Below, piece after piece: positions 1-8,540 of a stretch of 30,219 nt of DNA (the first letter of the stretch is position 1; each line of letters begins with the position of its first letter). This stretch comes from a virus (Duplodnaviria; Caudoviricetes), in IMG/VR virus record IMGVR_UViG_3300028384_000931, positions 1 through 30,219 of that record. The stretch is one strand, 5' to 3'. The notes beneath the pieces are model-generated. The model saw only the letters and a program-made list of their open reading frames with translations, was not told the DNA's origin and searched no databases. The position numbers and the translations under genes were made by a program.

Positions 1-98
1 TTTCTGCGCTGAACATGCTCGACATGGTTCGGAGTCCAGTCATCATCGCAAAAAACAACGCTTGTAAAATCAGCAACGCAAACGAGATTCGTTGTCAT
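1..98 (-). CDS. Hypothetical protein, 5' part only (runs off the window)
   Basis: ATG at 98 overlaps the stop of the upstream ORF (ATGA). Open to the window edge: MTTNLVCVADF... Confidence 0.5.
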   Translation of the reverse strand, partial: MTTNLVCVADFTSVVFCDDDWTPNHVEHVQRR

Positions 99-223
99 TC
101 TTCGCCATCCCCTTGCTTAATGTGATGCTCCCAGTCCTTGAAGCCCAAAGTCATAAGGTGTTCAATGAAATCCTCTCTTGAAAGTCCTTCGCCATCCATT
201 TGCAATTCAACAGTCCATATCAT
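95..223 (-). CDS. Small hypothetical protein (42 aa)
   Basis: Read manually: MIWTVELQMDGEGLSREDFIEHL...GEE*. GGAGGTGA SD upstream; ATGA overlaps at both ends. Confidence 0.6.
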   Translation of the reverse strand: MIWTVELQMDGEGLSREDFIEHLMTLGFKDWEHHIKQGDGEE

Positions 224-420
224 TCATTCACCTCCATTCCTTCGATTTTCATGAGCATGTAGTTGCTCGCCGACAAGTAGCCTTGAAGCCATGCAAAGCA
301 ATTTTCGCTCTCTCCTTGCAATACCTGTTCGTGGTGCAAGTGTCCGTTCTCGTCTGCAAAAGTCAACTTAAACTCTATCATCTTCATCGGGTTCTCCCTC
401 TTGAAACTCCATGAACGCAT
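220..420 (-). CDS. Small hypothetical protein (true start probably the internal MKMIEF)
   Basis: ORF track; fits the chain of coupled minus-strand genes. Confidence 0.6.
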   Translation of the reverse strand: MRSWSFKRENPMKMIEFKLTFADENGHLHHEQVLQGESENCFAWLQGYLSASNYMLMKIEGMEVNE

Positions 421-610
421 CAGTCATATAAACCCACCGCTTGAACCGCTTGAATTGATGCTCACTTAGCCCCCACATCTCACGAACCACCTTCGCAGAC
501 ACACGATAACGACCGCTAAACAACTCCGATTCGGGAATTGGTCGGCTGATGAGTTGGTTGAAGTGCGCACGCCACTTGATGCGCTCGCCTGCTTCATTGC
601 TCATCGTCAA
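368..610 (-). CDS. Hypothetical protein, possibly HTH-like
   Basis: ORF track; overlaps its neighbours in the operon; helical segment VVREMWGLSEHQFKRF. Confidence 0.65.
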   Translation of the reverse strand: MTMSNEAGERIKWRAHFNQLISRPIPESELFSGRYRVSAKVVREMWGLSEHQFKRFKRWVYMTDAFMEFQEGEPDEDDRV

Positions 611-782
611 CCACCCTCATGTAGCCACAATAAGTCGTGCGACCGTTGCGCCAAACCTTGTGTGAAGCGTATCGGACATTTGCAGTATAACCGCACTCAT
701 TGCATCTGCGCATTTGCTTTGTGCGCATGGAGTAGCCGAGTTTACCTCGCTCTCCCTTGTCGCCGTATGAAACTCCCATCAA
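594..782 (-). CDS. Small Zn-ribbon-like protein
   Basis: CNEC...H...YCG motif; coupled to the upstream gene. Confidence 0.65.
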   Translation of the reverse strand: MMGVSYGDKGERGKLGYSMRTKQMRRCNECGYTANVRYASHKVWRNGRTTYCGYMRVVDDEQ

Positions 783-1411
783 TCCACAACCTCATATTCG
801 ACATCCTGCACATGAGTCGGTGCTTTCAGCGCACCGATGCGCATTTCGATTTGGTTGAGTAGTTTGGGTTCTGTGCGCAGAACATCCACAAGTATGCCCA
901 TGACTCCGTTGACTTGCTGATGCGCAAGTAGCATTTGAGAATCGACACCAATCTCTTTTTTCAGCGTGCCAATCAACTTAATGTTCGTGTTCGCCTGCGC
1001 AACAAGACGGGTTGCCGTCGACAACCATTCTGCGTCGATACCGTCCCTTGACTTCTGCGCCTCCCATTCATCGAGCCATGTGGTGATGCGAGAAAAGACA
1101 TCCTCCGCCATATCGAGCGTAGTAATCGCTTCACTGCGAGCCTTCTCGACATCCTGTGCCTCTTCGGGGTCATAGTCCATGTGCGCAGTCATGTGTTCTT
1201 CGACAATGCCTGCCTCCCAGTTGTTCTTTGACTCAAGGTATGCGGTTGTGATGTTGCCGTTGAAAATCTGTATCTCCCAGTCCTTTCTGTCCCTGTGTGC
1301 GCAAAGAGGACATTCGGGAGATTCAAGAACCCACCTTAGAGCCTCAATGATAATCGGGTCATCCTCATGCGCAAGTCTTTGCTCAATCAACCATTTACTC
1401 TTCAAACACAT
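779..1411 (-). CDS. Zn-finger/HTH plus coiled-coil protein; candidate terminase small subunit-like DNA-binding protein
   Basis: CPLC...HxxxH (EHMTAH) followed by long amphipathic helices. Start placed at 1411 (ATG) or 1405 (TTG) by the GGTGAT SD. Function is inferred. Confidence 0.6.
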   Translation of the reverse strand: MCLKSKWLIEQRLAHEDDPIIIEALRWVLESPECPLCAHRDRKDWEIQIFNGNITTAYLESKNNWEAGIVEEHMTAHMDYDPEEAQDVEKARSEAITTLDMAEDVFSRITTWLDEWEAQKSRDGIDAEWLSTATRLVAQANTNIKLIGTLKKEIGVDSQMLLAHQQVNGVMGILVDVLRTEPKLLNQIEMRIGALKAPTHVQDVEYEVVD

Positions 1412-1685
1412 CACCTTCGTAAAACCAAAAAGAAACCTTGTATGAATTGCTCCCCGACAAATCCTTGACATAATCCCAGTATTGCCCAATGCGCTTATCC
1501 TTGCGCAGTTTCTGCGATGCAGACTGTGCGGTTTTGGGTGTGAATCTGTCGTCGGGCAGGGCTTGCAACAGTTGAACAGTTGTCATTGCACTGTCTGTTT
1601 CTTCAAGTAAATCGCAAACTCGGTCGAGCCATTTGTTGTATCGCATTCTGCGCATATTGGGTGGGTTTGGTTTGCCCCCCCTCAT
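1395..1685 (-). CDS. Putative winged-helix DNA-binding protein
   Basis: Basic, 96 aa; helix-helix-helix-beta pattern (MTTVQLLQ...TAQSASQKLR...SFWFY). Confidence 0.55.
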   Translation of the reverse strand: MRGGKPNPPNMRRMRYNKWLDRVCDLLEETDSAMTTVQLLQALPDDRFTPKTAQSASQKLRKDKRIGQYWDYVKDLSGSNSYKVSFWFYEGDVFEE

Positions 1686-1963
1686 GCTTCCACCTTCTCG
1701 TCTTGAATCATCTCATCGAGCGCATACACATTTTCGCTTATGCGCACAAACCTCTTCTTCTTATCACGCAGAATAACCTGTCCGAATGCTCGGCGCAACG
1801 GGATATTGCATTGCATACGCATACCTCTCTTATTGGTTGCGTTAATTATTAAATCATCCCTGTGGATTGCGCCCTTTTCACGCATTGCACGCTCGCAGTA
1901 ATCGAGAAATGCCTTGTAGCGTTCCTTTTTTCCACGATAATGAATGACTCTATTCTTGCTCAT
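1682..1963 (-). CDS. Putative winged-helix DNA-binding protein
   Basis: Basic, 93 aa, ending ...RAFGQVIL...RFVRISENVYAL; coupled overlaps with its neighbours. Confidence 0.55.
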   Translation of the reverse strand: MSKNRVIHYRGKKERYKAFLDYCERAMREKGAIHRDDLIINATNKRGMRMQCNIPLRRAFGQVILRDKKKRFVRISENVYALDEMIQDEKVEA

Positions 1964-3254
1964 GCGCCTTCACCTCATCGAAACCGAATCTGCACATGAT
2001 TCCTTTGCGCCCACGCCCAGTTTTCTTCGGCGTATATTCTTTGAACCACGCTTGACCGAGCAAGTATTCCTCAATCCAACGCTTTGCGCCTTGATAGTCG
2101 TTGTTTGTAATCAAGCGAGCAACTTCTTTGAGCAGAACAGAACGGGGAACATCCTTCTCCCAAAAGGTCGTGCGAATCAAACGGATGTCCTCGTCCATGA
2201 CATTTCTGCGCATTTTCAATGAGTTTTCAAGAATCTCACGCAGTCGGTCGTCCAACTCGACAACCAATAATTCCTTGTCGACCCATTCGCCCTTCATCAT
2301 CGTGTAGCCGATAGCCAGTCTGCGGAACAGGTCGCTCTCAAAACTGCGCACCGATTCCTGCAAGACCCACTGTTCAAATCCCTCTCCAAAGACAACGCCT
2401 TGAGGCTTCGCCTTGAAAACTTCTTCTTGTCGGTTGATGAACCACTTGCGCAAATCAATTGATTCTGCAATCAACTCCTTGCGCTTTTCGGGACTGATAC
2501 TCGCCTGTGCGTTCTGCGCCTTCTTGTAAAGCAACTCCTTTTCGGGAGTCATCACGATGTCAATGATGAAGAAACGGCGGTCAAGCCCCGACTCCAACTC
2601 AAACCTTGCGGGTTGCGTTCCTGCCCACATGGTATAGCGTGTGTTGTATTTGACCCAACCACTGCGCATAGTCTTGTTGACTCTCCCACTGTCGAGGGAT
2701 GTGAGCAGTTGGTTCTTCATGTCGACTGAATGCTCCTTTCGGGAGGCATCGAATAGACTGGATGCTTCTTCAAAGCAGACGAAGCCACCACACATATAGC
2801 GTGCTAAGGGGTTGCCGAGAATGTCGCCTTCGTCGTTGACTGAACCGAACATACCTGCCTCCGTAATCGAGTTTGCGCCGAACATGGTTCGGAATCCTTT
2901 GCCCTTGAAACCGTTTGTGTTCCATAGCAGACCTGTTCCTTCTGCGCAGAACAAGTCAAGCAATACATTCTTTCCCGAACCCTTTTGCCCACGAATCAAG
3001 ATGTTAATGCGTGTGTCGGCAAGGCGAGTTGCGGGTGTGTAAATGGGAAAATCTGTATGGCGCATGGGGCAGTCCTCGATGACGAATGCTCCTTCGGGTG
3101 CATTCAATGGGTCGAAGTCGCACATTACGCACTTGTTTACTGCGTTGAACATGTGTGCGCCTATACTGCAAATGAAAATCGGCACTTTGTCTGCGACATC
3201 CACCAAAAAATTCTCATCGCAAAAATCCTGCACCCTATCAAAAATATCCGTCAT
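1950..3254 (-). CDS. MCM-like AAA+ ATPase (putative replicative helicase)
   Basis: Walker A GQKGSGKN; MCM-like SITEAGMFGSV; Walker B FVCFEE; QLLTSLDSGRV; sensor-1 WAGTQP; Arg finger LESGLDRRF. N-terminal CxxC...CxxxH. Confidence 0.8.
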   Translation of the reverse strand: MTDIFDRVQDFCDENFLVDVADKVPIFICSIGAHMFNAVNKCVMCDFDPLNAPEGAFVIEDCPMRHTDFPIYTPATRLADTRINILIRGQKGSGKNVLLDLFCAEGTGLLWNTNGFKGKGFRTMFGANSITEAGMFGSVNDEGDILGNPLARYMCGGFVCFEEASSLFDASRKEHSVDMKNQLLTSLDSGRVNKTMRSGWVKYNTRYTMWAGTQPARFELESGLDRRFFIIDIVMTPEKELLYKKAQNAQASISPEKRKELIAESIDLRKWFINRQEEVFKAKPQGVVFGEGFEQWVLQESVRSFESDLFRRLAIGYTMMKGEWVDKELLVVELDDRLREILENSLKMRRNVMDEDIRLIRTTFWEKDVPRSVLLKEVARLITNNDYQGAKRWIEEYLLGQAWFKEYTPKKTGRGRKGIMCRFGFDEVKAHEQE

Positions 3255-4063
3255 TGATACATCGCTCCTGTGTTGCTTGAAACTGTTTCTTGTTGTTGCG
3301 CTCCGAGTAATTCCTTGATGCGCTCCAGTGCTTCGGTCGTTAAGCCAGTATATATTCCTTGTGCCTTTTGTGAAGCCCCTCTCGGTATTTTGTAGCCGTC
3401 CTTGCGAAGCAACTTAACCATTTCATCAAAGCAAGCAGGTTCAATCTCAACATTCTTGTCGATGTTGCGACCCTTAGCCACTTCGGGAGGCATGAGATAG
3501 AGCGCACTGTCAACGCCAATCAAGTGCGCAACTTGCACTGGCAACCACGACCAAATAGATTGCAAAGTCTCCTGCGCTTTATCCCCACCGAAGTCCACGC
3601 CACGAATCACTGCGCACTTCGTCGGCAGTGCTTTGGGTTCTGTGAAAAGGCGGTTAAGTGCGAATGTGGATAGTGAGCCTATACGCTCAAGGTGTGCGAA
3701 GCGCATAACAATGTCCCTTGCGGGAGGGTAATTGAATAGCCATTCGTTGCGGTTGGCATTGGGACTGTTGCTGATTACGGGCGGAGAGTCGACCATGACG
3801 CAAAGCGTATTCTCATGCTTGAAAATAGTCCACATCGGATTTGATTCTGTCATGACCCTGTGAGGTGTTGTCAAGATGTGTTTGCTCGTCATGTAGCCCA
3901 CGATGTTGCCCTTTGATGGTTGCGCAATCTCCGCACCGAGAATTGTAGGCAGATTTGAGGGAGCATTGAGGTTGACGATGAGCATGTGCGTAGCGTCCAT
4001 TGCTTCGTCCGTCAAATAAAAATCGGTTTCTCCGACGGTGCTGAATGAATACTTCTCGTCCAT
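3251..4063 (-). CDS. PAC2/PbaB-like protein with C-terminal HbYX motif (-MYQ)
   Basis: 270 aa with an alpha/beta pattern resembling the PAC2 family, a C-terminal helix, a flexible linker and terminal MYQ. The family call is by eye. Confidence 0.55.
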   Translation of the reverse strand: MDEKYSFSTVGETDFYLTDEAMDATHMLIVNLNAPSNLPTILGAEIAQPSKGNIVGYMTSKHILTTPHRVMTESNPMWTIFKHENTLCVMVDSPPVISNSPNANRNEWLFNYPPARDIVMRFAHLERIGSLSTFALNRLFTEPKALPTKCAVIRGVDFGGDKAQETLQSIWSWLPVQVAHLIGVDSALYLMPPEVAKGRNIDKNVEIEPACFDEMVKLLRKDGYKIPRGASQKAQGIYTGLTTEALERIKELLGAQQQETVSSNTGAMYQ

Positions 4064-4084
4064 GTTTTACCCTTGAGGGTATGT

Positions 4085-4097
4085 TGGTATAAACCTG
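4085..4097 (-). promoter_or_regulatory. TATA box (GGTTTATA) about 25 nt upstream of the ATG at 4063; likely leaderless mRNA
   Basis: Minus strand reads CAGGTTTATACCAACATACCCTCAAGGGTAAAACATG. Confidence 0.55.
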
Positions 4098-4099
4098 CG

Positions 4100-4315
4100 G
4101 TATTCTTTTTTGGCGTTTGAAAGAATTGAGAAGAAAATAAACGATAGACTGCGCACAAGTCTGCTCATTTGTTTTTTTTCTTCTAAGAGTTGTAAGAATT
4201 ATTCTATTGGCGGGCTTTTTCTAAATACCTAAGAACAATTAAAATAATTGCTCATACTTTAGCGCAGTGTGCCGTTTTATTTTTTCTTAATTCCTTCACG
4301 GCGTTGAAAAGAATA
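4100..4315. other. AT-rich origin-like element bracketed by inverted CAGT-N4-CGTTT motifs
   Basis: AAACGATAGACTGCG (4139-4153) and CGCAGTGTGCCGTTTT (from 4263) flank about 110 bp of AT-rich DNA. Confidence 0.45.
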
Positions 4316-5201
4316 AGCGTTCTGCTCGCATTATTTCTATGTCCTCAATCTCCGCAAACAACATCCCTGCCCTGTCATCGAGCCATGAATCGGAGCAAGG
4401 AGAAGGTGCAAAATCACCGTCGCAAAGCGCATGATGTCGTTCTGCGATTGTCGAAACAATTGTAGCGGGGTCAGTGCGCATTATACTGCGCCCTGCTCGC
4501 ATGTCTGCGCTCATTCCCAAGCCACAAATCAAACTCGAAACGAGAACATTGGATTCAAGGTCGAGAGAACCGCTTTGCGCCAAAGACTGCGCCACGACTA
4601 TGAACGGATAATCCCCAACAACCAAAGAAGGCAACCACTTGATGCCCTCTCTTGTGCGCATCGGGAGGCGCAGTGAGATGCTTTGTCCCCACGATTTAGG
4701 AGGCGTTAAGATTGTGCGGGTTTTTTCCTGCGCTTTAATATGGCGTGCGCAGTAGCCACGATAGAGAGAGGTTGTGTTCGGCTCGGTGATGTTCACGATT
4801 GCGCACTGGAATACAACAACATGGGCTTCGGATTCGTTGATGAAATCCTGCAAGTCCTGCGCAAACGGTTGCTCATGGATAAACTCGCCTTTCATTCCTT
4901 GATTGACTACGCCTCTCGGCATGTTCGGTTGCACTGCGTCAATGAAATCCCAAACTGCGCTCTTGCCATCCAAAGCGACGGTGTGTTCTCCCATGCGCAG
5001 GAGAGCAAACGGCTCAAAGAGTCTGCGCTTGCCTGCCCTGCGCCACCCAACAAAGCGTTCAACGATGATGTCTTTCGGGCGTGCGACAATCCATTCAGCG
5101 CAGTAGCGGAACGGTTGCATAGATTTGACTGGGCGGTATGGACTTATCAATATGCGCACAGTGCGGGGTTTCGTGGAGCGTATTGAACATACTTGAGCCA
5201 A
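4296..5201 (-). CDS. Hypothetical protein (about 290-300 aa; start uncertain)
   Basis: Longest ORF on the operon strand; no motif recognised. Confidence 0.65.
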   Translation of the reverse strand: MAQVCSIRSTKPRTVRILISPYRPVKSMQPFRYCAEWIVARPKDIIVERFVGWRRAGKRRLFEPFALLRMGEHTVALDGKSAVWDFIDAVQPNMPRGVVNQGMKGEFIHEQPFAQDLQDFINESEAHVVVFQCAIVNITEPNTTSLYRGYCARHIKAQEKTRTILTPPKSWGQSISLRLPMRTREGIKWLPSLVVGDYPFIVVAQSLAQSGSLDLESNVLVSSLICGLGMSADMRAGRSIMRTDPATIVSTIAERHHALCDGDFAPSPCSDSWLDDRAGMLFAEIEDIEIMRAERLFFSTP

Positions 5202-5749
5202 TCAGTCCCTTCGGCGGGTATGCGTTCACGCCTGCGCAGAAACCAATTAGGTGCATCCCTACCCCTTTCCCATTTTGCGAAGTGCGCCTTCTCAACTGCG
5301 TAGTAATTCCGATAGGCGACGACGGGGTGCTTGTGTTTCCATTCGTCGGGCATACACTGCGCAAAAGTTGTCATATCTCCTTCGGGGATTCGGTCTTGCA
5401 TCAGCGCAAGGTGAATAATTCCCTTTGTGCAGGCGTGCTTTTTGCGGAATCGAAACTGATACTCATAGAGTAGTTGCATTGCGTGCTGAACGAGCCACCA
5501 GTAATTCTCTCTTGTGTCCCCTGCCCAACGAGTTGCGGGGTGATGGTGATAACCCCCCTTGAGGGGCGTTCCCTTCGATGTAAGGGGCATTTCTGCGTCT
5601 TTTGCGCCATGTCTGCGTTGAGCCGAGCCGAGCATTTGGAAACATTCGACAATAAGTTTCGGGATGTGCTTGTCGCAAAGCCACTGCGCCGATTCAATCG
5701 GGCATTCGGACAATGCGAAAATGTTCAAGTCATGTTCCTCCTTGTTCAT
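5147..5749 (-). CDS. Pyrimidine-dimer DNA glycosylase (T4 endonuclease V-like family)
   Basis: Family motifs NIFAL...CDKHIPKLIVECFQML...HHPATRW...NYWWL...YRNYY...KW...P.W. The start may be the TTG after GGAGG. Confidence 0.85.
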   Translation of the reverse strand: MNKEEHDLNIFALSECPIESAQWLCDKHIPKLIVECFQMLGSAQRRHGAKDAEMPLTSKGTPLKGGYHHHPATRWAGDTRENYWWLVQHAMQLLYEYQFRFRKKHACTKGIIHLALMQDRIPEGDMTTFAQCMPDEWKHKHPVVAYRNYYAVEKAHFAKWERGRDAPNWFLRRRERIPAEGTDWLKYVQYAPRNPALCAY

Positions 5750-5916
5750 CGTGGCATCAAACCCAGTGAAGCATCAAAAAATGCGCACTCCTTGTTCCTG
5801 CAAGTGTAATGCTCGCCCCTTCGGTATGCGACCTTATCGCAGTGGGGGCAACGAAGCCTCTTGCGTCGAGGCATACCTTTGACTGGTCGTGCTTTGTCGT
5901 TCCATACTTGGCGCAT
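5746..5916 (-). CDS. Small Zn-ribbon protein (56 aa)
   Basis: Read manually: MRQVWNDKARPVKGMPRRKRLRCPHCDK...YTCRNKEC...; ATGA overlap at 5746-5749. Confidence 0.65.
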   Translation of the reverse strand: MRQVWNDKARPVKGMPRRKRLRCPHCDKVAYRRGEHYTCRNKECAFFDASLGLMPR

Positions 5917-5921
5917 GAGAT

Positions 5922-6197
5922 TCAAACCTCATCGAAGTTTTTGAGAAGGGCTTTAGCCTCCTTCTGCACGCCTTCGCATATCTCCGAAACGATGCGCATT
6001 TGGTGGATGATTTCGGGGTCGTCCGTCAATTCTGCGACCTTTGCGCAGACTTGTGTTAAATTCAGCATTCCTTCGGACATCAAATTCATGCCCTCCGTTT
6101 GCGCATCAGCGAGCGCAGAATAGCGTTTAATCAATTCTCTTTGATGCGCCATGAGCGCAAGTGCTTTATCCATCGTTTCTTTCAATGATTCTGTCAT
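5922..6197 (-). CDS. Hypothetical helical protein
   Basis: ORF track; coupled to the upstream gene. Confidence 0.7.
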   Translation of the reverse strand: MTESLKETMDKALALMAHQRELIKRYSALADAQTEGMNLMSEGMLNLTQVCAKVAELTDDPEIIHQMRIVSEICEGVQKEAKALLKNFDEV

Positions 6198-6397
6198 TCT
6201 TCTTCACCTTCTTCCATAGTCAACAATTCTCTCAATTCTGTTTTGTCAAGACCCGATACTGCCTCTTTACGCAAGAGGTAATTGATTCGGTTAAGTCGGA
6301 CATTCTCTTGCTCCAACTGTGCAATTTCTTCTCTCAAATCATTCATGATTTTGCCCCACAATTGTAGTTGTTTTCTTGAAACATATCCGCCAGTCAT
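6194..6397 (-). CDS. Small coiled-coil protein
   Basis: Start MTGGYVSRK at 6397 with ATGA overlap; heptad pattern LREEIAQLEQENVRL. Confidence 0.65.
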   Translation of the reverse strand: MTGGYVSRKQLQLWGKIMNDLREEIAQLEQENVRLNRINYLLRKEAVSGLDKTELRELLTMEEGEEE

Positions 6398-6546
6398 TGC
6401 GCATCTCCCCCTTCGGTGAACGATGAAATGGAGCAACGGCAGTTGCAGTTTGCATTCCTGTGGGTGTTCACCCACTTTGCGCATTCGTTCAAGTCTGCGC
6501 TTGAGAACATCTCCTTGCCGTTGATTTTGACCGTCCATGTGCGCAT
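6394..6546 (-). CDS. Small hypothetical protein (50 aa)
   Basis: Read manually: MRTWTVKINGKEMFSS...GDAQ*; fills the gap exactly with coupled junctions. Confidence 0.55.
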   Translation of the reverse strand: MRTWTVKINGKEMFSSADLNECAKWVNTHRNANCNCRCSISSFTEGGDAQ

Positions 6547-6864
6547 TCACATCGCACTCCTTGAGATTTTCATGAGCAATTCCATGTGCGCAATGATAAC
6601 ATCCGTCTGCGTCTTTGCGTGTCGGAAAGGACGGAGCAGTTTGTCTGCGGTTGTAATCGAACCCATTGCGCCCATGATGCGCAGGGGCAGGACGAGATTC
6701 GTGTTGCAATGAGAGCAACAACGGTCGTGCTTAACGAGGGTTTCGTGCGTTGGGTTGTGGACGACGACAGGGTGTGCGTTGTGTCCGTGTTCCCAGTCGC
6801 CTTGAACATCAATACGCTTGTAGCAAATCGAGCAAGTCTTCAGTGTCGGGTCGGTTCGGGTCAT
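6547..6864 (-). CDS. Zn-finger protein
   Basis: CSIC...GHNAHP...RCCSHCN; GGAGG SD and TTTATA upstream. Confidence 0.7.
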   Translation of the reverse strand: MTRTDPTLKTCSICYKRIDVQGDWEHGHNAHPVVVHNPTHETLVKHDRCCSHCNTNLVLPLRIMGAMGSITTADKLLRPFRHAKTQTDVIIAHMELLMKISRSAM

Positions 6865-6900
6865 GTTTGTTCCTCCATGTTCGTGAATATAAACTCTCCG

Positions 6901-7599
6901 TCAAAATCGTCCCCAGTTTGGGGTTTCATCATCCCATTCGTCAATGCCTGCTTGAAACATTGCCTCCTTTGCTCGCATGTCAAAGAAGTTGTCGTCGTTC
7001 ATCTGCTCCGCACTTGCATGCGCAGGCATGGCGGTCGTGCCTTCGAGCGTTTCGCAAGCCCATTTCGCAAGGTTGTGAACAAGGGCAGGGAACAGGTCTT
7101 GCGCAATCATGAAAACATTGTAGTTGCCCATCTCCTTCTTCCCTCTTTGCGCCAATTCGGGGTGCATCTGCTGAATGTTCTGTATTGTGTTCATGATAAA
7201 GGTTGCATGGCGAGCATTGCGCCTTTCTGCGCTCTCGTATGCAAATCCTTCGACTTGACCGCATTCCATCGTTTGCCTTTCTGTGGTTAGTATTTCGATG
7301 AATTCGACTGTGTGCATGGAATGCGTGCGCTGACGCACATGGCGCAGTGTTGCCTCACGGAAAGCAATGTCGACCATGACCTCCCACGCATCGACATCGA
7401 ATTGCGCAAGCACCTCGATAGATTCTTGCAGTGCTTTCTGCGCTTTTTGCGCCTCTTCGTCTGCGATTGAAGCGAATGCGCTTGTGTTGTCTGCTTTGAG
7501 GAATCCCTTGTCGGTATCAACGAACAGACCCTGCTCTTTGCAAGTGTTTGTGAAGAAGCCCAAAACATCGGACGGGTTGCGTATGTATTCGTTGCTCAT
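6901..7599 (-). CDS. Hypothetical protein
   Basis: 232-aa ORF; GGTGAT SD; ATGA overlap. Confidence 0.75.
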   Translation of the reverse strand: MSNEYIRNPSDVLGFFTNTCKEQGLFVDTDKGFLKADNTSAFASIADEEAQKAQKALQESIEVLAQFDVDAWEVMVDIAFREATLRHVRQRTHSMHTVEFIEILTTERQTMECGQVEGFAYESAERRNARHATFIMNTIQNIQQMHPELAQRGKKEMGNYNVFMIAQDLFPALVHNLAKWACETLEGTTAMPAHASAEQMNDDNFFDMRAKEAMFQAGIDEWDDETPNWGRF

Positions 7600-8051
7600 T
7601 GCGCATCACCTGCCCAGTCGCCAGTGTAGCAGGGATAATCCTGCCACTTCGTTGCGCCGTACTCCCATGTGGGCGGGTAATGGCGCAGGAATGTGTTTGT
7701 GTATGTCTGCGCACCACGCTCCATGTCGTTGCCGAGAACATCTTCAAGCCAACGGAACGGCATAGAAAGACCGAACCGAGTATGCGCAAATGCGCCGATG
7801 TCCTCGTTGTGAATCAAAAGCATCATGTCGATGCGCATAGTGCCGTCGCCGTTTTCGTGCGTCGTTTGAACATCGCCGATGAGAACCAAATCGTGCTTCA
7901 TTGCGGGAATCGCTTTGCGCACATACTCGTTGACCTCCTTTGCAGTCGTGTGCTTCTCTCCATACGGGACGATGCACGCAGGAACGACCACGACCTGCGA
8001 GAAGTTTTCATTGCGGAAATTTGCGCTATATGTTGGGTTGTGCGCCATCAT
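7596..8051 (-). CDS. Hypothetical protein
   Basis: 151-aa ORF, coupled; conserved-looking FRWLEDVLGN. Confidence 0.75.
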   Translation of the reverse strand: MMAHNPTYSANFRNENFSQVVVVPACIVPYGEKHTTAKEVNEYVRKAIPAMKHDLVLIGDVQTTHENGDGTMRIDMMLLIHNEDIGAFAHTRFGLSMPFRWLEDVLGNDMERGAQTYTNTFLRHYPPTWEYGATKWQDYPCYTGDWAGDAQ

Positions 8052-8491
8052 TCATCGCCTCCGTAGTCTGCTACTTCTAATTCGGTTGTGAGAGCGTCGG
8101 CAACTTCTGCGCCGAGAACCATGCGTACCATCTCATTCATGCTGACTTCTTCGGCATCGTCTTTGATGCGCACATGAACAAGCACTGCGCCGACGATTGG
8201 GTATGGTGCTTCATGCGCAGGCATACCAAAGGCGCAGTATGTTGCGATTGCGTTGGGTTGCATTCCGTAAATGCGCCCTTCTTCGTTTGCGATGACATCA
8301 ATCACTTCGCCCATCACCATGCGCCCATCATGAGGCACAGGCAATTGCGTGGCTTTGCTAAAGGTGCAGTATTCGATGAGTCCCCCCACTGCCTCTTGCA
8401 TCTGCTTGAGGTTTAGGGCTTCTTCGCCTCCAGTCGCAAGGACTTGAGGGTGTGCTTGTGGGTCAATTTTTATCCATAATTCGGTGTTCAT
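8048..8491 (-). CDS. DUF3846-like protein
   Basis: LKQMQEAVGGLIEY...ANEEGR...PNAIAT...IVGAVL; GGAGG SD. Confidence 0.75.
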   Translation of the reverse strand: MNTELWIKIDPQAHPQVLATGGEEALNLKQMQEAVGGLIEYCTFSKATQLPVPHDGRMVMGEVIDVIANEEGRIYGMQPNAIATYCAFGMPAHEAPYPIVGAVLVHVRIKDDAEEVSMNEMVRMVLGAEVADALTTELEVADYGGDE

Positions 8492-8511
8492 TTCTGTTCC
8501 TCCTTGCTTTT

Positions 8512-8540
8512 CCGTTGTGTTGGGAGTATATATTCTTTTT
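8512..8540 (-). promoter_or_regulatory. BRE/TATA promoter (AAAAAGAATATATACTCCCAAC)
   Basis: Archaeal TATA consensus upstream of 8491; shares its downstream sequence with the 10157-10185 promoter. Confidence 0.6.
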
